Positions 1 through 10,057 of a stretch of DNA of 64,000 bases are shown here, piece by piece. The position numbers and the translations under genes were made by a program. This DNA is from Candidatus Latescibacterota bacterium (GTDB taxonomy: Bacteria > Latescibacterota > CBDEFO01), in the NCBI GenBank assembly GCA_965237525.1, contig CBDEFO010000003.1, positions 224,001 through 288,000 on the forward strand. The letters are read 5' to 3'. Under the pieces are notes generated by a model that was not told the origin of the DNA, did not search any database, and worked only from the letters and a program-made list of their open reading frames with translations. The stretch's first letter is position 1. Every line of letters begins with the position of its first letter.

Positions 1-428
1 TCCAAACTGAATATTGAACGGGGATTGATTCCAACGGCATACTCCATAGCGTCTGCAAATGTCCCGTCTCCCTTATTCAACAATACAGACACGTTATCGC
101 TGAAGCCATTAGCTACAGCCAGATCGTTATCTTTATCTGCGTCCAAATCCACGCTGAAAACTGAAAGAGGTTCAAATCCAGCGGCATAGTCCACCCTGGC
201 TGAGAATGTCCCATCTCCGTTGTTCAACAGTACCGATATGCTATCACTGTTTGCATTAGTTATCGCTAAGTCACTATCGCCATCCCCATCCAAATCCGCA
301 CTGAATACAGAATGGGGACCATCCCCAGCATCGTAGTCGGTCTTGAGTCCGAAAAGGCCTTGCGAAGAAGCAGGCGCATTCAAGGCGACTAACAGGATCA
401 GAGCAGTATATAAGATATCTTGTCTCAT
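1..428 (-). CDS. Secreted FG-GAP (VCBS-like) repeat protein, N-terminal part (runs off window start)
   Basis: Manual translation from ATG at 428: MRQDILYTALILLVALNAPASSQGLFGLKTDYDAG...ADLDGDGDSDLAITN...VLLNNGDGTF; signal peptide nearly identical to the paralogue starting at 63794. Confidence 0.85.
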   Translation of the reverse strand, partial: MRQDILYTALILLVALNAPASSQGLFGLKTDYDAGDGPHSVFSADLDGDGDSDLAITNANSDSISVLLNNGDGTFSARVDYAAGFEPLSVFSVDLDADKDNDLAVANGFSDNVSVLLNKGDGTFADAMEYAVGINPRSIFSL

Positions 429-458
429 TTAATTATCTTAATTATCTCTGGAAGGAGT

Positions 459-1298
459 CTACTTCATTAAAACCATCTTTCTTGTCTTCACAAAGCCATC
501 TGCCAGCAACCGATAAACATAGACTCCGTTGGCAAGACGTTTCCCGTTGTCGTCTTTTCCATCCCAGACTAAGGAGTAACTACCGGCTGATCTGTGACCA
601 TCTACCAATGTCGCAACTATCTGTCCCGTAATATTATAGACAGATATGTTAATGTGGCTTTGGACAGGGAGATCGTAATAGATCACTGTCTGGGGGTTAA
701 ACGGATTAGGATAGTTCTGGGTGAGGGAATAAATCTCAGGAACATCTGATGATGGTTCTTCATACTCGGTTACAGCAGTGCTATCAGTAATGGGTATATC
801 AGACAGATTCAACAACACTGACACACCTCTACCACTAGCCACGGCTAAGTCACTATCTCCATCTCCATCTAAATCTGTAATAAATACTGATTTGGGAAAT
901 TGCCCAACGCTATAGTCCACCTTAGGTGCAAATGTTCCATCTCCATTGTTCAAGAACACTGATACAATATTACTGATATAATCAGTTGCAGCCAAGTCAT
1001 TATCTCCATCTCCATCTAAATCTGCACCGAATACTGAAAGGGCTTGAAACCCAGCATCATAACCCACTTTAGGTGCAAATGTACCATCTCCATTATTCAA
1101 CAACACTGATACAGTATTGCTGAGCATATTAGCCACAGCGAAGTCATTATCTGCATCCCCATCTAAATCTGCAATGAAAATTGAAGAGGGCGACTCCCCA
1201 ACACCATAGGCAGCAGGTCCGAACAGGACTTGTGCATAGGCAGGCGCATTCAAAGCCAGTAACAGAATCAAAGAAGCATAGAAGATTTCCCATTTCAT
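459..1298 (-). CDS. Secreted FG-GAP repeat protein with C-terminal FlgD-Ig/T9SS-like sorting domain
   Basis: Start MKWEIF at 1298 with GGAGGGG SD; three DLDGDxDxD repeats; tail LTQNYPNPFNP...RKMVLMK. Confidence 0.85.
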   Translation of the reverse strand: MKWEIFYASLILLLALNAPAYAQVLFGPAAYGVGESPSSIFIADLDGDADNDFAVANMLSNTVSVLLNNGDGTFAPKVGYDAGFQALSVFGADLDGDGDNDLAATDYISNIVSVFLNNGDGTFAPKVDYSVGQFPKSVFITDLDGDGDSDLAVASGRGVSVLLNLSDIPITDSTAVTEYEEPSSDVPEIYSLTQNYPNPFNPQTVIYYDLPVQSHINISVYNITGQIVATLVDGHRSAGSYSLVWDGKDDNGKRLANGVYVYRLLADGFVKTRKMVLMK

Positions 1299-1556
1299 TT
1301 TAATCCCCTCCTGTAAGATTCGGATACTATTAACCTCTTCTGGGGTCATGCACTCTCCCATAGAAAACACCCTCTCTAATGCCCTCTTTTCCGTGAAAAC
1401 TTCTCGATGATAAAGATAATAAATAAAAGGGAAAAATCAAAACGATTTAGTTATCGTATTTACTTGATTTAGGAGCGGAAAATCGATATATTGCTGAGGA
1501 TCAGGGATGCAAATGTCAGTTTTTCTTTTTGAGGGAGAGATAAAGGAGATTATAGC

Positions 1557-2162
1557 TTAAGCGTTACACTGGAAGAAGTTTAGAGCGTTACGGTAGTCTT
1601 CCGGGGTGTTGATGTTGGAGAGGAGGTTCCCGTGAAGGTCGAAGGGGTCTATCGCCTCTGAGCCAACGATGTCCACCTTAACCTTATTAAAGAACCTGAC
1701 GATCTTTAAATCTTCTGCTTCTATCTGTTCTTTTATGGGTTCGAGACATCTTTTGGAATAGACCGCACACAGGGGATGAAAGCCCTTGTCGTCCTCTGGG
1801 ATGATAACGTCTGAATCACCAGTGCGACCGCACAAGTAGCTCAAAAATTCCGGCGTTATGAACGGAGCATCGCAGGCCAGAAGGAGGCAGTATTCTGTGT
1901 TCGCCCTGAATAGGCCGGTGTATATCCCTCCCAGTGGTCCCCTATCGGGGAATATGTCCGGGTACATAGAGACGTTCAGGTGGCTCATCTTATCGGGAGT
2001 ATTTGTGATTACGAAGGCCTCTTGTGTGACCCTGGCTGCTATATCCAGTATGTGCTCTATGAAAGTGGCGTCCCCAAGAGGCAAGAGCGCCTTCTCCCTT
2101 CCCATCCTGGAACTTTTGCCTCCAGCAAGGATTACTGAGGTTATATTATCAAATATTTTCAT
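1557..2162 (-). CDS. mobA: Molybdenum cofactor guanylyltransferase
   Basis: ILAGGKSSRMGREKA, GPLGGIYTGL, ACDAP, HPLCAVY, NINTPED motifs; start re-placed at MKIFD. Confidence 0.92.
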   Translation of the reverse strand: MKIFDNITSVILAGGKSSRMGREKALLPLGDATFIEHILDIAARVTQEAFVITNTPDKMSHLNVSMYPDIFPDRGPLGGIYTGLFRANTEYCLLLACDAPFITPEFLSYLCGRTGDSDVIIPEDDKGFHPLCAVYSKRCLEPIKEQIEAEDLKIVRFFNKVKVDIVGSEAIDPFDLHGNLLSNINTPEDYRNALNFFQCNA

Positions 2163-2210
2163 AAGCTCAACTCCCAGCGGTATTACTGTAGAAGACACAA
2201 CGGAATACTT

Positions 2211-2281
2211 GGGCAGACACACAGCTTTGCCCTTACACATGATTGACAAAGACGGTAGGGGCAGACCCGTGTGTCTGCCCT
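2211..2281. repeat. Inverted pair of GTAG-type REP-like palindromes
   Basis: GGGCAGACACACAGCTTTGCCCTTAC followed by GTAGGGGCAGACCCGTGTGTCTGCCC, between divergent genes. Confidence 0.65.
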
Positions 2282-2329
2282 GAAAATCTACTGGATATTT
2301 GGAGTGAAAATCTTTATCTTTATGTTTAT

Positions 2330-2350
2330 TCCCGATTGAATCTATCGGGG
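2330..2350. repeat. 21-bp hairpin repeat (CCCCGAT-TGAATCT-ATCGGGG family), copy 1
   Basis: TCCCGATTGAATCTATCGGGG; related copies at 5983, 7878, 16186, 24441, 50784, 55409, 58333. Confidence 0.8.
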
Positions 2351-2401
2351 ATCAATATTGAATATAACAAGATAGATGATATAGAGTCAAGGGGATACTC
2401 A

Positions 2402-3877
2402 ATGTTGGAGATCTTCCAGTCGCTGTACGACATGGATAAGGAAACAGCAGTTCTTCTGGGCGTAGGGGTTTATATGTTGGGCATGCTTGGAGTGGGCTAT
2501 TACGCAAGCAGAAGGGTGGGAGATGCGGAGGACTTCATCGTGGCGGGCAGGAGACTCCCAACCTGGCTCTGCACGGCTACGCTCTTTGCAACCTGGTTTG
2601 GAGGTGGAACCGTCATGGGGGCGGCGGGGGCTGCGTACGAGAGGGGATTTTTGGGTGTGATAGCCGATCCTTTCGGTGCGGCCTTGTGTCTCTTTTTGGC
2701 GGGACTCTTCTTTGTAAAGACGATGAGGAGGATGAGAATCCTTACGGTGTCGGACTTCTTCGAGCAGAGGTTCGGCAGAGGGGCCAGCGTTATTTCGAGT
2801 CTATGTCTGGTAGCGGCTTACGTGGGATGGGTCGGGAGCCTCTTTGTGGCTATAGGGAAGATATCTGAAACTCTGATCGGTGTCTCGTCAGAGACGGGGA
2901 TAATAATAGGGACATTGATAGTACTTGTGTACACGACTGCTGGCGGGATGTGGGCTGTGTCGCTGACCGATCTTGTGCAGATAATCATAGTCCTTTTAGG
3001 ACTCTTTGCGGTATTTCCAATCGTAGTAAGCAAGGCGGGGGGATGGAGTGAGGCGTTCTCATCTGTCAGACCGGGGAGTTTTGATATGCTCCCACAGGGA
3101 GGTTTTAAAGAGTGGCTCTGGTACATCCAGGCCTGGATTGTGATAGGGTTCGGGAACATCCCTGGACAGGACCTCATGCAGCGGAGCCTTTCCGCAAGGG
3201 ATGAGAAAGTGGCTCAAAACAGCGCATATCTTTCGGGGGTATTGTATCTGACCGTAGGGATTATTCCCGTAGTCATAGGGATCATAAGCGTGAGTTTGAT
3301 ACCCCAGATAGATGACCCTGAGCATATAGTTCCAAGGATAGCTATGGAGTATCTTCCGACGTGGGCGATAGCCCTTTTCTTCGGAGCACTCATATCGGCC
3401 ATAATGAGCAGTGCGGACAGTGCGATTTTGGCTCCCTCAAGCATAATCGGCAAGAACGTACTGGGGTATTTCAAGCCGAATGCAGACGGCAGGGAAGTGC
3501 TTTTGTGGACGCGGGCTTCCATTCCGGTAATAGGCATTCTGTCCCTCTTTATAGCCCTGTATTTTGAGAATATATATCAACTCTTGATAGATTCCTTCTC
3601 TGTTCTATTAGTATCTCTTTTCGTGCCCATGGCTGCGGGAATATGGTGGAGAAAGGCAAATAGTACGGGAGCTCTAGCCAGCATGGGGGTCGGGTTGGTC
3701 TTCTGGATAGCCTTCAAATTCATAACTCCCCAACTGCCGTCGGACATATTCGGCGTAGCAGGTGCAGCTGTAGCTATGTTCGCAGTGGGGCTTCTGACTC
3801 AGAGGAGTTCTGTGCCCCTTCCTTTAGCAGACGCGGGAGGGAACGACATTGAAATGGAGGAGAGATTGGGGGTATGA
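2402..3877 (+). CDS. Sodium:solute symporter family (SLC5-like) transporter
   Basis: DFIVAGRRL, ATWFGGG, YTTAGGMWAVSLTD, SAIMSSADS motifs; many TM segments. Confidence 0.9.
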   Translation: MLEIFQSLYDMDKETAVLLGVGVYMLGMLGVGYYASRRVGDAEDFIVAGRRLPTWLCTATLFATWFGGGTVMGAAGAAYERGFLGVIADPFGAALCLFLAGLFFVKTMRRMRILTVSDFFEQRFGRGASVISSLCLVAAYVGWVGSLFVAIGKISETLIGVSSETGIIIGTLIVLVYTTAGGMWAVSLTDLVQIIIVLLGLFAVFPIVVSKAGGWSEAFSSVRPGSFDMLPQGGFKEWLWYIQAWIVIGFGNIPGQDLMQRSLSARDEKVAQNSAYLSGVLYLTVGIIPVVIGIISVSLIPQIDDPEHIVPRIAMEYLPTWAIALFFGALISAIMSSADSAILAPSSIIGKNVLGYFKPNADGREVLLWTRASIPVIGILSLFIALYFENIYQLLIDSFSVLLVSLFVPMAAGIWWRKANSTGALASMGVGLVFWIAFKFITPQLPSDIFGVAGAAVAMFAVGLLTQRSSVPLPLADAGGNDIEMEERLGV

Positions 3878-5046
3878 TAAAAGATATTACGCGCAGGGAT
3901 TTTTTCAAATCTGCTGCTCTCGGAACTGCATCCCTGACTCTGTACAGATTCGCCTGGGCACGTCCAGAGCAAGAGGCGATTTCGACTCCTGAGGGCTACG
4001 GACGAAAAAGGGCAAGGGAGCTGGGAATTGTGATCGGGACTATGCCCAGGGGAGAGTTCAATGCTATAACGGACGTGGAAGGAGTAAAGGTAGGACATTC
4101 TACCATACACGAAGGGGATGTCAGGACAGGAGTAACTGCTGTGATTCCCCACAGCGATGATATTTTCAGATACAATCTCTTTGCAGGCTGTCTGACATTG
4201 AACGGCAACGGTGAGATGACGGGGATGTCGAGGATAAGGAGGACGGGACTTTTGGGCTCTTTCGTCTTTACTACAAATACGTCCAGCGTGGGGATGGTTT
4301 ACGACGCCGCTTTGAAGTATTTTATGGAGAAATATCAGGGCACAAGGATTCCATCCCCAGTTGTAGCAGAGACATGGGACGGTTTTCTAAACGATATTGA
4401 GGGGAGGCACGTAGAGGAAGAACACGTCCTAGGGGCTATCAATAGTGCTCAATCGGGACGTGTGGGGGAGGGATGTGTGGGAGGTGGAACGGGGATGGTG
4501 TGCTACGGGTTCAAGGGGGGAATAGGGACTGCATCAAGGGTCATTAAGGAGGGATATACTGCAGGAGTATTAGTTCAGGCAAATCACGGCAGGAGACATC
4601 AATTGATTATAGACGGTGCTCCTGTAGGCAGGGAAATCACAGATCTTAAAGCGGAAAGGGGAGTGGGTCATAAGTCTATCATCGTAGTGGTTGCAACCGA
4701 CGCGCCGCTCTTGCCCGTTCAGCTGAATCGCCTGACAAAGAGGGCTGCACTGGGGCTCTCAAGGACGGGAGCGACCTCTATGCATTCAAGCGGGGACATA
4801 ATTTTAGCGTTTTCGACAGGGAATATAGTAGATGTTTATAATAGGTCTGAGGCATATGAATTTGAGGTATTGAATGATGAGGCGATAACTCCCCTTTATC
4901 AGGCGGTTGTGGAGGCGACCGAGGAGTCGGTAATCAACGCCCTTACGATGGCTCATACTACAGTGGGGAGACATGGGAATACTGTCTACGCTCTCCCTCT
5001 GGACAGGGTTGTGAAGATCATGAAGAGGCACGGGAAAATTAAGTAG
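3874..5046 (+). CDS. DmpA-like P1/S58 family aminopeptidase with twin-arginine signal
   Basis: TRRDFFK Tat motif; NAITDVEGVKVGH, TGVTAV, VGGGTGM, GFKGGIGTASR, SIIVVVATDAP, SGDIILAFST. Confidence 0.88.
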   Translation: MIKDITRRDFFKSAALGTASLTLYRFAWARPEQEAISTPEGYGRKRARELGIVIGTMPRGEFNAITDVEGVKVGHSTIHEGDVRTGVTAVIPHSDDIFRYNLFAGCLTLNGNGEMTGMSRIRRTGLLGSFVFTTNTSSVGMVYDAALKYFMEKYQGTRIPSPVVAETWDGFLNDIEGRHVEEEHVLGAINSAQSGRVGEGCVGGGTGMVCYGFKGGIGTASRVIKEGYTAGVLVQANHGRRHQLIIDGAPVGREITDLKAERGVGHKSIIVVVATDAPLLPVQLNRLTKRAALGLSRTGATSMHSSGDIILAFSTGNIVDVYNRSEAYEFEVLNDEAITPLYQAVVEATEESVINALTMAHTTVGRHGNTVYALPLDRVVKIMKRHGKIK

Positions 5047-5071
5047 ACAGTAGACAGCAAACAGTAGACAG
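5042..5071 (+). repeat. Heptamer tandem repeat (AGTAGAC)n
   Basis: AGTAGAC AGTAGAC AGCAAAC AGTAGAC; reverse-orientation copies at 6006-6024 and 9224-9253. Confidence 0.75.
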
Positions 5072-5225
5072 GGACTTCCCCTGCCCCTCCCTGACTACTG
5101 CCTTTTCGGGAGAACGTTAGCTGAAAATAGGAACGGCAGATAGCTTTGAGAGTCACAAGGATTAGGAGAAAATACCAAGGAACATTCCCAAGATGAACAT
5201 TCATAGACTATCGGAGACGTTCAGG

Positions 5226-5918
5226 ATGAAAACAGGTCTTGGTCAGATCCCCTTTTTATTCCTTATAGTATCTGCTCTGATCTTTGGAGGCTGTCTGGAG
5301 CTTATTAGAAAGAGACCGGATGATGACGAGGGGAAAAGGGAGGAGACAGTTAGGACAAAGGGACGTAAGGAGGAAAGTTCCGAAAAATCGACAGAGAGGA
5401 CAGAAGGAGATACAGGGGATAAAGAGTCCCACCGGACGCGATTCCCCTCTGCCGAGATAGTAAGTCCATCTGGAGATACGCTCGCTACAAAGATGGTCGA
5501 ACCAGAAGGGGAGATTCAACAAACGATCGCAGCACGGGTTGAAGCAGAAGATAAAAAGATGAACGCAGTATTATATTCCGTAGATCCCTCCAAAAAAAGG
5601 AGCGCTAAAGAGATAAATAAATACTCTTTTTGGTGCATAGACCAGGAGATGTGGAGCGAGGCAAAGGCACATCTGGAGAAGGCGGCAAAGTTGGACACGA
5701 CGTCGGCGAGTATCTATAACAATTTGGGCATAGTCTATGAGTACTTTCAGATGGAGCACGAGGCTCGCCGGGCCTATCAAACAGCCATGCGACTCGATTC
5801 CCGAAACGTTGTCTACAGGAGAAACTATATCCTCTTAAAAAGGAGTATAGGCTCAAAGGTAGCTGATGAACCTATGATTGAAGAAGAGAGTCTGGCTACC
5901 GAGCAGCCTGAGCAATAA
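5226..5918 (+). CDS. TPR-containing putative lipoprotein
   Basis: Hydrophobic N-terminus ending FGGC (lipobox-like); TPR-like AKAHLEKAAKLD..IYNNLGIVYE..AYQTAMRLD. Confidence 0.75.
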   Translation: MKTGLGQIPFLFLIVSALIFGGCLELIRKRPDDDEGKREETVRTKGRKEESSEKSTERTEGDTGDKESHRTRFPSAEIVSPSGDTLATKMVEPEGEIQQTIAARVEAEDKKMNAVLYSVDPSKKRSAKEINKYSFWCIDQEMWSEAKAHLEKAAKLDTTSASIYNNLGIVYEYFQMEHEARRAYQTAMRLDSRNVVYRRNYILLKRSIGSKVADEPMIEEESLATEQPEQ

Positions 5919-5923
5919 GACGC

Positions 5924-8900
5924 ATGACTTTGACGAGATACAGAAAGATGCCCTATACAGGGCGGAAGAGAATGCCCTGTCTCCCCCGATTGAATCTATC
6001 GGGGGCTACTGTCTACTGTCTACTTATGATAGCAGTTCTGGTTGTAGCGACTGCAGCGCCCGGGATCGTTAGGGCTCAGGACATTTTGTTATCACAGTTT
6101 TCTCAGAGCTTTGGAAAGAATAAGATTCAGTATAAGAATTTCCAGTGGTGGAAGTTGAAAACGGAGCATCTGGAAATCTACTACAATCCCGAGTATCTTG
6201 GCCTTGCCCTCTCAGCAGCAGAGATACTTGAGGATGGCTACGAGAAGATCAGCCGAAGCCTTCACCATGACCTTTCGACCGTTCCTCCGATCATTATCTT
6301 TCAGTCTCACTACGAGTTTGAACAGACGAATATAGTGCCCTATATCCTGCCTCCGGGCGTTGGCGGGTTCGCCGAGAGCCTGAAGTTTAGGGCCGTCATC
6401 CCGTTCAACGGAGACCTGGAGGATTTCAGGAGCGTTCTGGTCCATGAGTTGACTCATCTTTTTCAGTATGATATTCTGTACAAGGGGCCTGTAAAGTCCC
6501 TGACCAATAGAATCAATTCCCCGCCAACCTGGATCATGGAGGGGATGGCGCAGTACGAGGCGGGCGACATGAACGATGTGGATGAGATGGTGCTAAGAGA
6601 CGCTGTGCTGACGAATACTGTAATACCCATAAAGTCTTTGGACAATTTCCAGGCGGTAAGGAATGTGTTTTTAGCGTATAAACAGAGCCACTCTCTGATG
6701 CAGTATATATCGCAGGAGTACGGTGAGGATAAAGTTGGAAGAATCTTACGGGACTGGAAAGGGAGCACGGGAACAGGGCATACCATAAAAAGAGTCTTGG
6801 GTACGGACATTCAAACTTTAAGCGACAGTTGGTCTTCCCATGTGCGCAGAAAGTATTGGCCATTGCTCACCGAAAGGAAGTATAACTTCGAAATAGCAAA
6901 GGAAGTCCCGGCAGAAGAGGTTTCGTACTTAAGTCCAAGCGGGTCCCTTGGCGGGGAGATGTTGGCAGTCGTATCTACAGATGGTATTTCCTTCAATATT
7001 GACCTGATACGGGTAAAGGACGGAGAGCTGATGGAGCGAATAACAGAAGATATGAAGACTTCTGTCTATACAGATCTGAAGGTGGAAGAAGGTTGTGTGG
7101 CGTGGTCTCCTGACGGGCAGTACATAGCTTTCATAGCCAGAAAGGGACCTTCCGATTTGGTACTCGTGTGGAATGTCTATAGATCTGAGCTGATGGATGT
7201 GTTGAAGGTGGAAGGTGTTCAGGAAATATCCACCTTGGCCTGGGCGCCTGATAACAGGAAATTGGCATTTTCGGGTTCAAGCCGCGGCCAGACGGACATA
7301 TATATACTGGATATAAAGACAAAAGCTTCCACAAAGTTGATGCATACTGCCGATCGCGAGTCTCAGCCTTCGTGGTCTCCAGATGGGAGCAGACTTGCGT
7401 TCAGCTATAGGACCAACGGAAGTGTCGATCTTATGGTCTATGATTTTGAGCTGACAAAGGTGCAAAAGATAGTTTCTGGAAAGTCGGACGAGACCTGGCC
7501 CCGGTGGTTCCCTGACGGTGCAAGATTGCTTTTCGTATCGAACAGGGATGGCATAAATGATCTTTTTGTCTTGGACCTTGAAAGCAAAAAAGAAAGCAGA
7601 CTGACCAAGACTATAAGCGGACTCTCCAATCCGTCGATTTCTCCGGATGGAAAAAAGATAACGTTTGCCTCTTACTACAACGGTAGAAGGAAGATCTACG
7701 TGATGGATGTCCCATCACAAGAAGAGCTGGCCTTAACGGATGATGAAAAAGACGCGCAGAAATATGAGACACCTGCTGCAGACGGTGGTGAGATGATCTT
7801 ATCGCTGCACGTCAAGGAGGAAGAGAGCAATGGTGATTATGATAAGGTGAATGTAGATGATGATGGAGACCATGCATCCCCGATAGATTCAATCGGGGAT
7901 AGCCTGAAGGTAAGGACAAAGTACAAAAGGAGCAGATATAAACCGAGTCTTCAATTAGATGGAATCAGCGCTCAGCTGTCCTTATCTAACAACTTCTTCG
8001 GCACTGTAGCCCAGATTTCGTTCAGCGATCTTATGGGAAATCATAACCTGGGAATAACGACGGATTTCGTCTCAGGGTTTACAAGCTATGGAAGGCTTAA
8101 TGACCTCAACTTTGCGGTCATATATGGATATTACGGAAGGAGGACGAACTTAGACTTCGGGATCTTCAGCTGGACGCAATATTTCACAGATTCTAAGAGT
8201 CGCTTCTTGGATTTGAGGACCGGCAGGTTGATGCGTGCTCTGGGGTCCGACAGGCAGTCCGGGCTATTTGCAAGGATGACCTATCCGATAGATCTATATC
8301 GGAGAGTGGAATTTAAATATACGTTTGTGGATCAGAACAGGGAATTTGTGTTCCCGGAGAAGGAGAGGATTGAAAAGAAAACCACGCATCTTTTCCAGAC
8401 TGTCTATGTAAACGACTCCGTAGAGTACGGTTGGCTGGGGCCTTCAAGGGGCAAGAGGTTCTACCTCTCCGCCGGTCAGGCGGTAAAGTTCACAGAGGGC
8501 CACAGGCAATTTACCCATCTGGACGCGGACTTAAGGTTCTACGCCGGCAGGAACTCCGTCTTTGCTTTCAGACTCAAGGGACTCGCATCTTTAGCAAAGG
8601 ACGGTATAACGCACTTTCTGGGCGGTCCAAACATAGCCACGATTTTTGGATTCGGACACGAGGTGAACGTTGGGCCTCTGAGGGGCTTTGATTTCAGCGA
8701 GTTAGCAGGGACCAGGTTATTTCTTATGAACATGGAGTACAGAGTTCCCTTTGTGAGGAATCTGACGCTCGGATGGCCCGGGAATATCTCTCTTGGAGGT
8801 CTGATGGGCACAGTCTTTACAGATGTGGGGGTGGTCTGGAATGAGGGCGACGATGTAAAGCTATGGACGACGGACGGAGAATTCAGACTCAAGGACCTGA

Positions 8901-9028
8901 AGATGAGCATGGGCTTGGGTATTATAGTAAACTTCATCCTGCCCATAAATATCGAGTTTGCAAAGGAGACAGATCTAAGAAGATTCTTCGACAGAGAGAC
9001 ACACTTCAGCTTTGGATTGAGTTTTTAA
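5924..9028 (+). CDS. Omp85/BamA-TamA-family barrel protein with N-terminal gluzincin-like peptidase and PD40/TolB-like propeller
   Basis: HELTH...WIMEGMAQY; repeated WSPDG/PD40 motifs; PLRGF, EYRVP, FTDVG and C-terminal FSFGLSF; start uncertain. Confidence 0.8.
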   Translation: MTLTRYRKMPYTGRKRMPCLPRLNLSGATVYCLLMIAVLVVATAAPGIVRAQDILLSQFSQSFGKNKIQYKNFQWWKLKTEHLEIYYNPEYLGLALSAAEILEDGYEKISRSLHHDLSTVPPIIIFQSHYEFEQTNIVPYILPPGVGGFAESLKFRAVIPFNGDLEDFRSVLVHELTHLFQYDILYKGPVKSLTNRINSPPTWIMEGMAQYEAGDMNDVDEMVLRDAVLTNTVIPIKSLDNFQAVRNVFLAYKQSHSLMQYISQEYGEDKVGRILRDWKGSTGTGHTIKRVLGTDIQTLSDSWSSHVRRKYWPLLTERKYNFEIAKEVPAEEVSYLSPSGSLGGEMLAVVSTDGISFNIDLIRVKDGELMERITEDMKTSVYTDLKVEEGCVAWSPDGQYIAFIARKGPSDLVLVWNVYRSELMDVLKVEGVQEISTLAWAPDNRKLAFSGSSRGQTDIYILDIKTKASTKLMHTADRESQPSWSPDGSRLAFSYRTNGSVDLMVYDFELTKVQKIVSGKSDETWPRWFPDGARLLFVSNRDGINDLFVLDLESKKESRLTKTISGLSNPSISPDGKKITFASYYNGRRKIYVMDVPSQEELALTDDEKDAQKYETPAADGGEMILSLHVKEEESNGDYDKVNVDDDGDHASPIDSIGDSLKVRTKYKRSRYKPSLQLDGISAQLSLSNNFFGTVAQISFSDLMGNHNLGITTDFVSGFTSYGRLNDLNFAVIYGYYGRRTNLDFGIFSWTQYFTDSKSRFLDLRTGRLMRALGSDRQSGLFARMTYPIDLYRRVEFKYTFVDQNREFVFPEKERIEKKTTHLFQTVYVNDSVEYGWLGPSRGKRFYLSAGQAVKFTEGHRQFTHLDADLRFYAGRNSVFAFRLKGLASLAKDGITHFLGGPNIATIFGFGHEVNVGPLRGFDFSELAGTRLFLMNMEYRVPFVRNLTLGWPGNISLGGLMGTVFTDVGVVWNEGDDVKLWTTDGEFRLKDLKMSMGLGIIVNFILPINIEFAKETDLRRFFDRETHFSFGLSF

Positions 9029-9042
9029 GGTACATTGTCTTC

Positions 9043-9153
9043 GTAGAGGCTCGGGACCCCCTGATTTGGTAGAACAGACATTGTTGTCTGTTCTACAGTC
9101 AGACAGGAATGTCTGACCCACCATACATTTTGGGCAAAGGAACCTCGCCCCTG
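9043..9153. repeat. Cluster of GTAG-type REP-like palindromes
   Basis: GTAGAACAGACATTGTTGTCTGTTCTAC and GTCAGACAGGAATGTCTGAC palindromes in the intergenic region. Confidence 0.55.
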
Positions 9154-9187
9154 TATGTAGAGGTTACGACAAAGGGAATGATGAACT

Positions 9188-9919
9188 GTGAAACTTATGT
9201 TTAAGGGGAGGGGAGGATATGCCCTGTTTGCTGTCTACTGTCTACTGTCTACTATATTTTGGGGCTGTGCAGGCAGCAAGGAACCAAAAGGAGTCAAGCT
9301 GGTCACCTTCAACACAGGCTATTCCTCTGAGGTAAATCTGAGCAACATCCAGAGCCTTGGCGTGATATCTGTAGTAAATGTAAAGCCCAGAGGGCAGATA
9401 GACATAGACAAGATACGCAACAAGATATCTGACGAGGTAGCTTCCAGCTTGAGGCAGCTCGAGATCAAAACGATAATAGAGCACGATGAGATAGAATGGG
9501 TGTTCAGGGGCATGAAGGTAGATTCGTCGGCGGTCAGGAACGTTAGGAATTTGCGGAGGCTGCACGACGAACTGAAGATGGACGGTCTGGTTCTTGTGGA
9601 GATCGACCATATGGACGCTGCTCTTCGACAAAGGTTCGTTCCGGCAAGAGACAGATACGGAAGAGTATACCCCCAAGCAGTTCCGGGAATTGCTATGCAC
9701 GTAGTATTAAAGTTCGATATTTTAAACACACAGACGGGAGGGAGTATCTGGCAAAAGGAATTCAGACGTTCGAGGTTCCAGCCGATAGTGCTTCAGCTTT
9801 TCGGAGGCGGCGCGGAGAGCCAGATCGTTTCGACTATCAGACCCGCGGTAAGGGACTTCATATCCCGGCTGGCTCCGCTTCGGCAAGGCAAGATAAGGGG
9901 ATTTGTCATTCCGTATTAG
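9188..9919 (+). CDS. Putative lipoprotein (possible CsgG/LpoB-like fold)
   Basis: Lipobox-like FWGC; DGLVLVEI and LNTQTGGSIW resemble CsgG/LpoB-type strands; fold call is tentative. Confidence 0.6.
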   Translation: MKLMFKGRGGYALFAVYCLLSTIFWGCAGSKEPKGVKLVTFNTGYSSEVNLSNIQSLGVISVVNVKPRGQIDIDKIRNKISDEVASSLRQLEIKTIIEHDEIEWVFRGMKVDSSAVRNVRNLRRLHDELKMDGLVLVEIDHMDAALRQRFVPARDRYGRVYPQAVPGIAMHVVLKFDILNTQTGGSIWQKEFRRSRFQPIVLQLFGGGAESQIVSTIRPAVRDFISRLAPLRQGKIRGFVIPY

Positions 9920-10057
9920 AAATATCACGCCCTACAGCGCCTATTTTCTTACTAACACTATATGGAGTGATTGCCAAAACAATCGAGAATAGAGTTAATC
10001 CGAATTCCACTTCCAATCCAGGCCAATAACAGCGGCCACAAAACTCAGGATGGAGCC

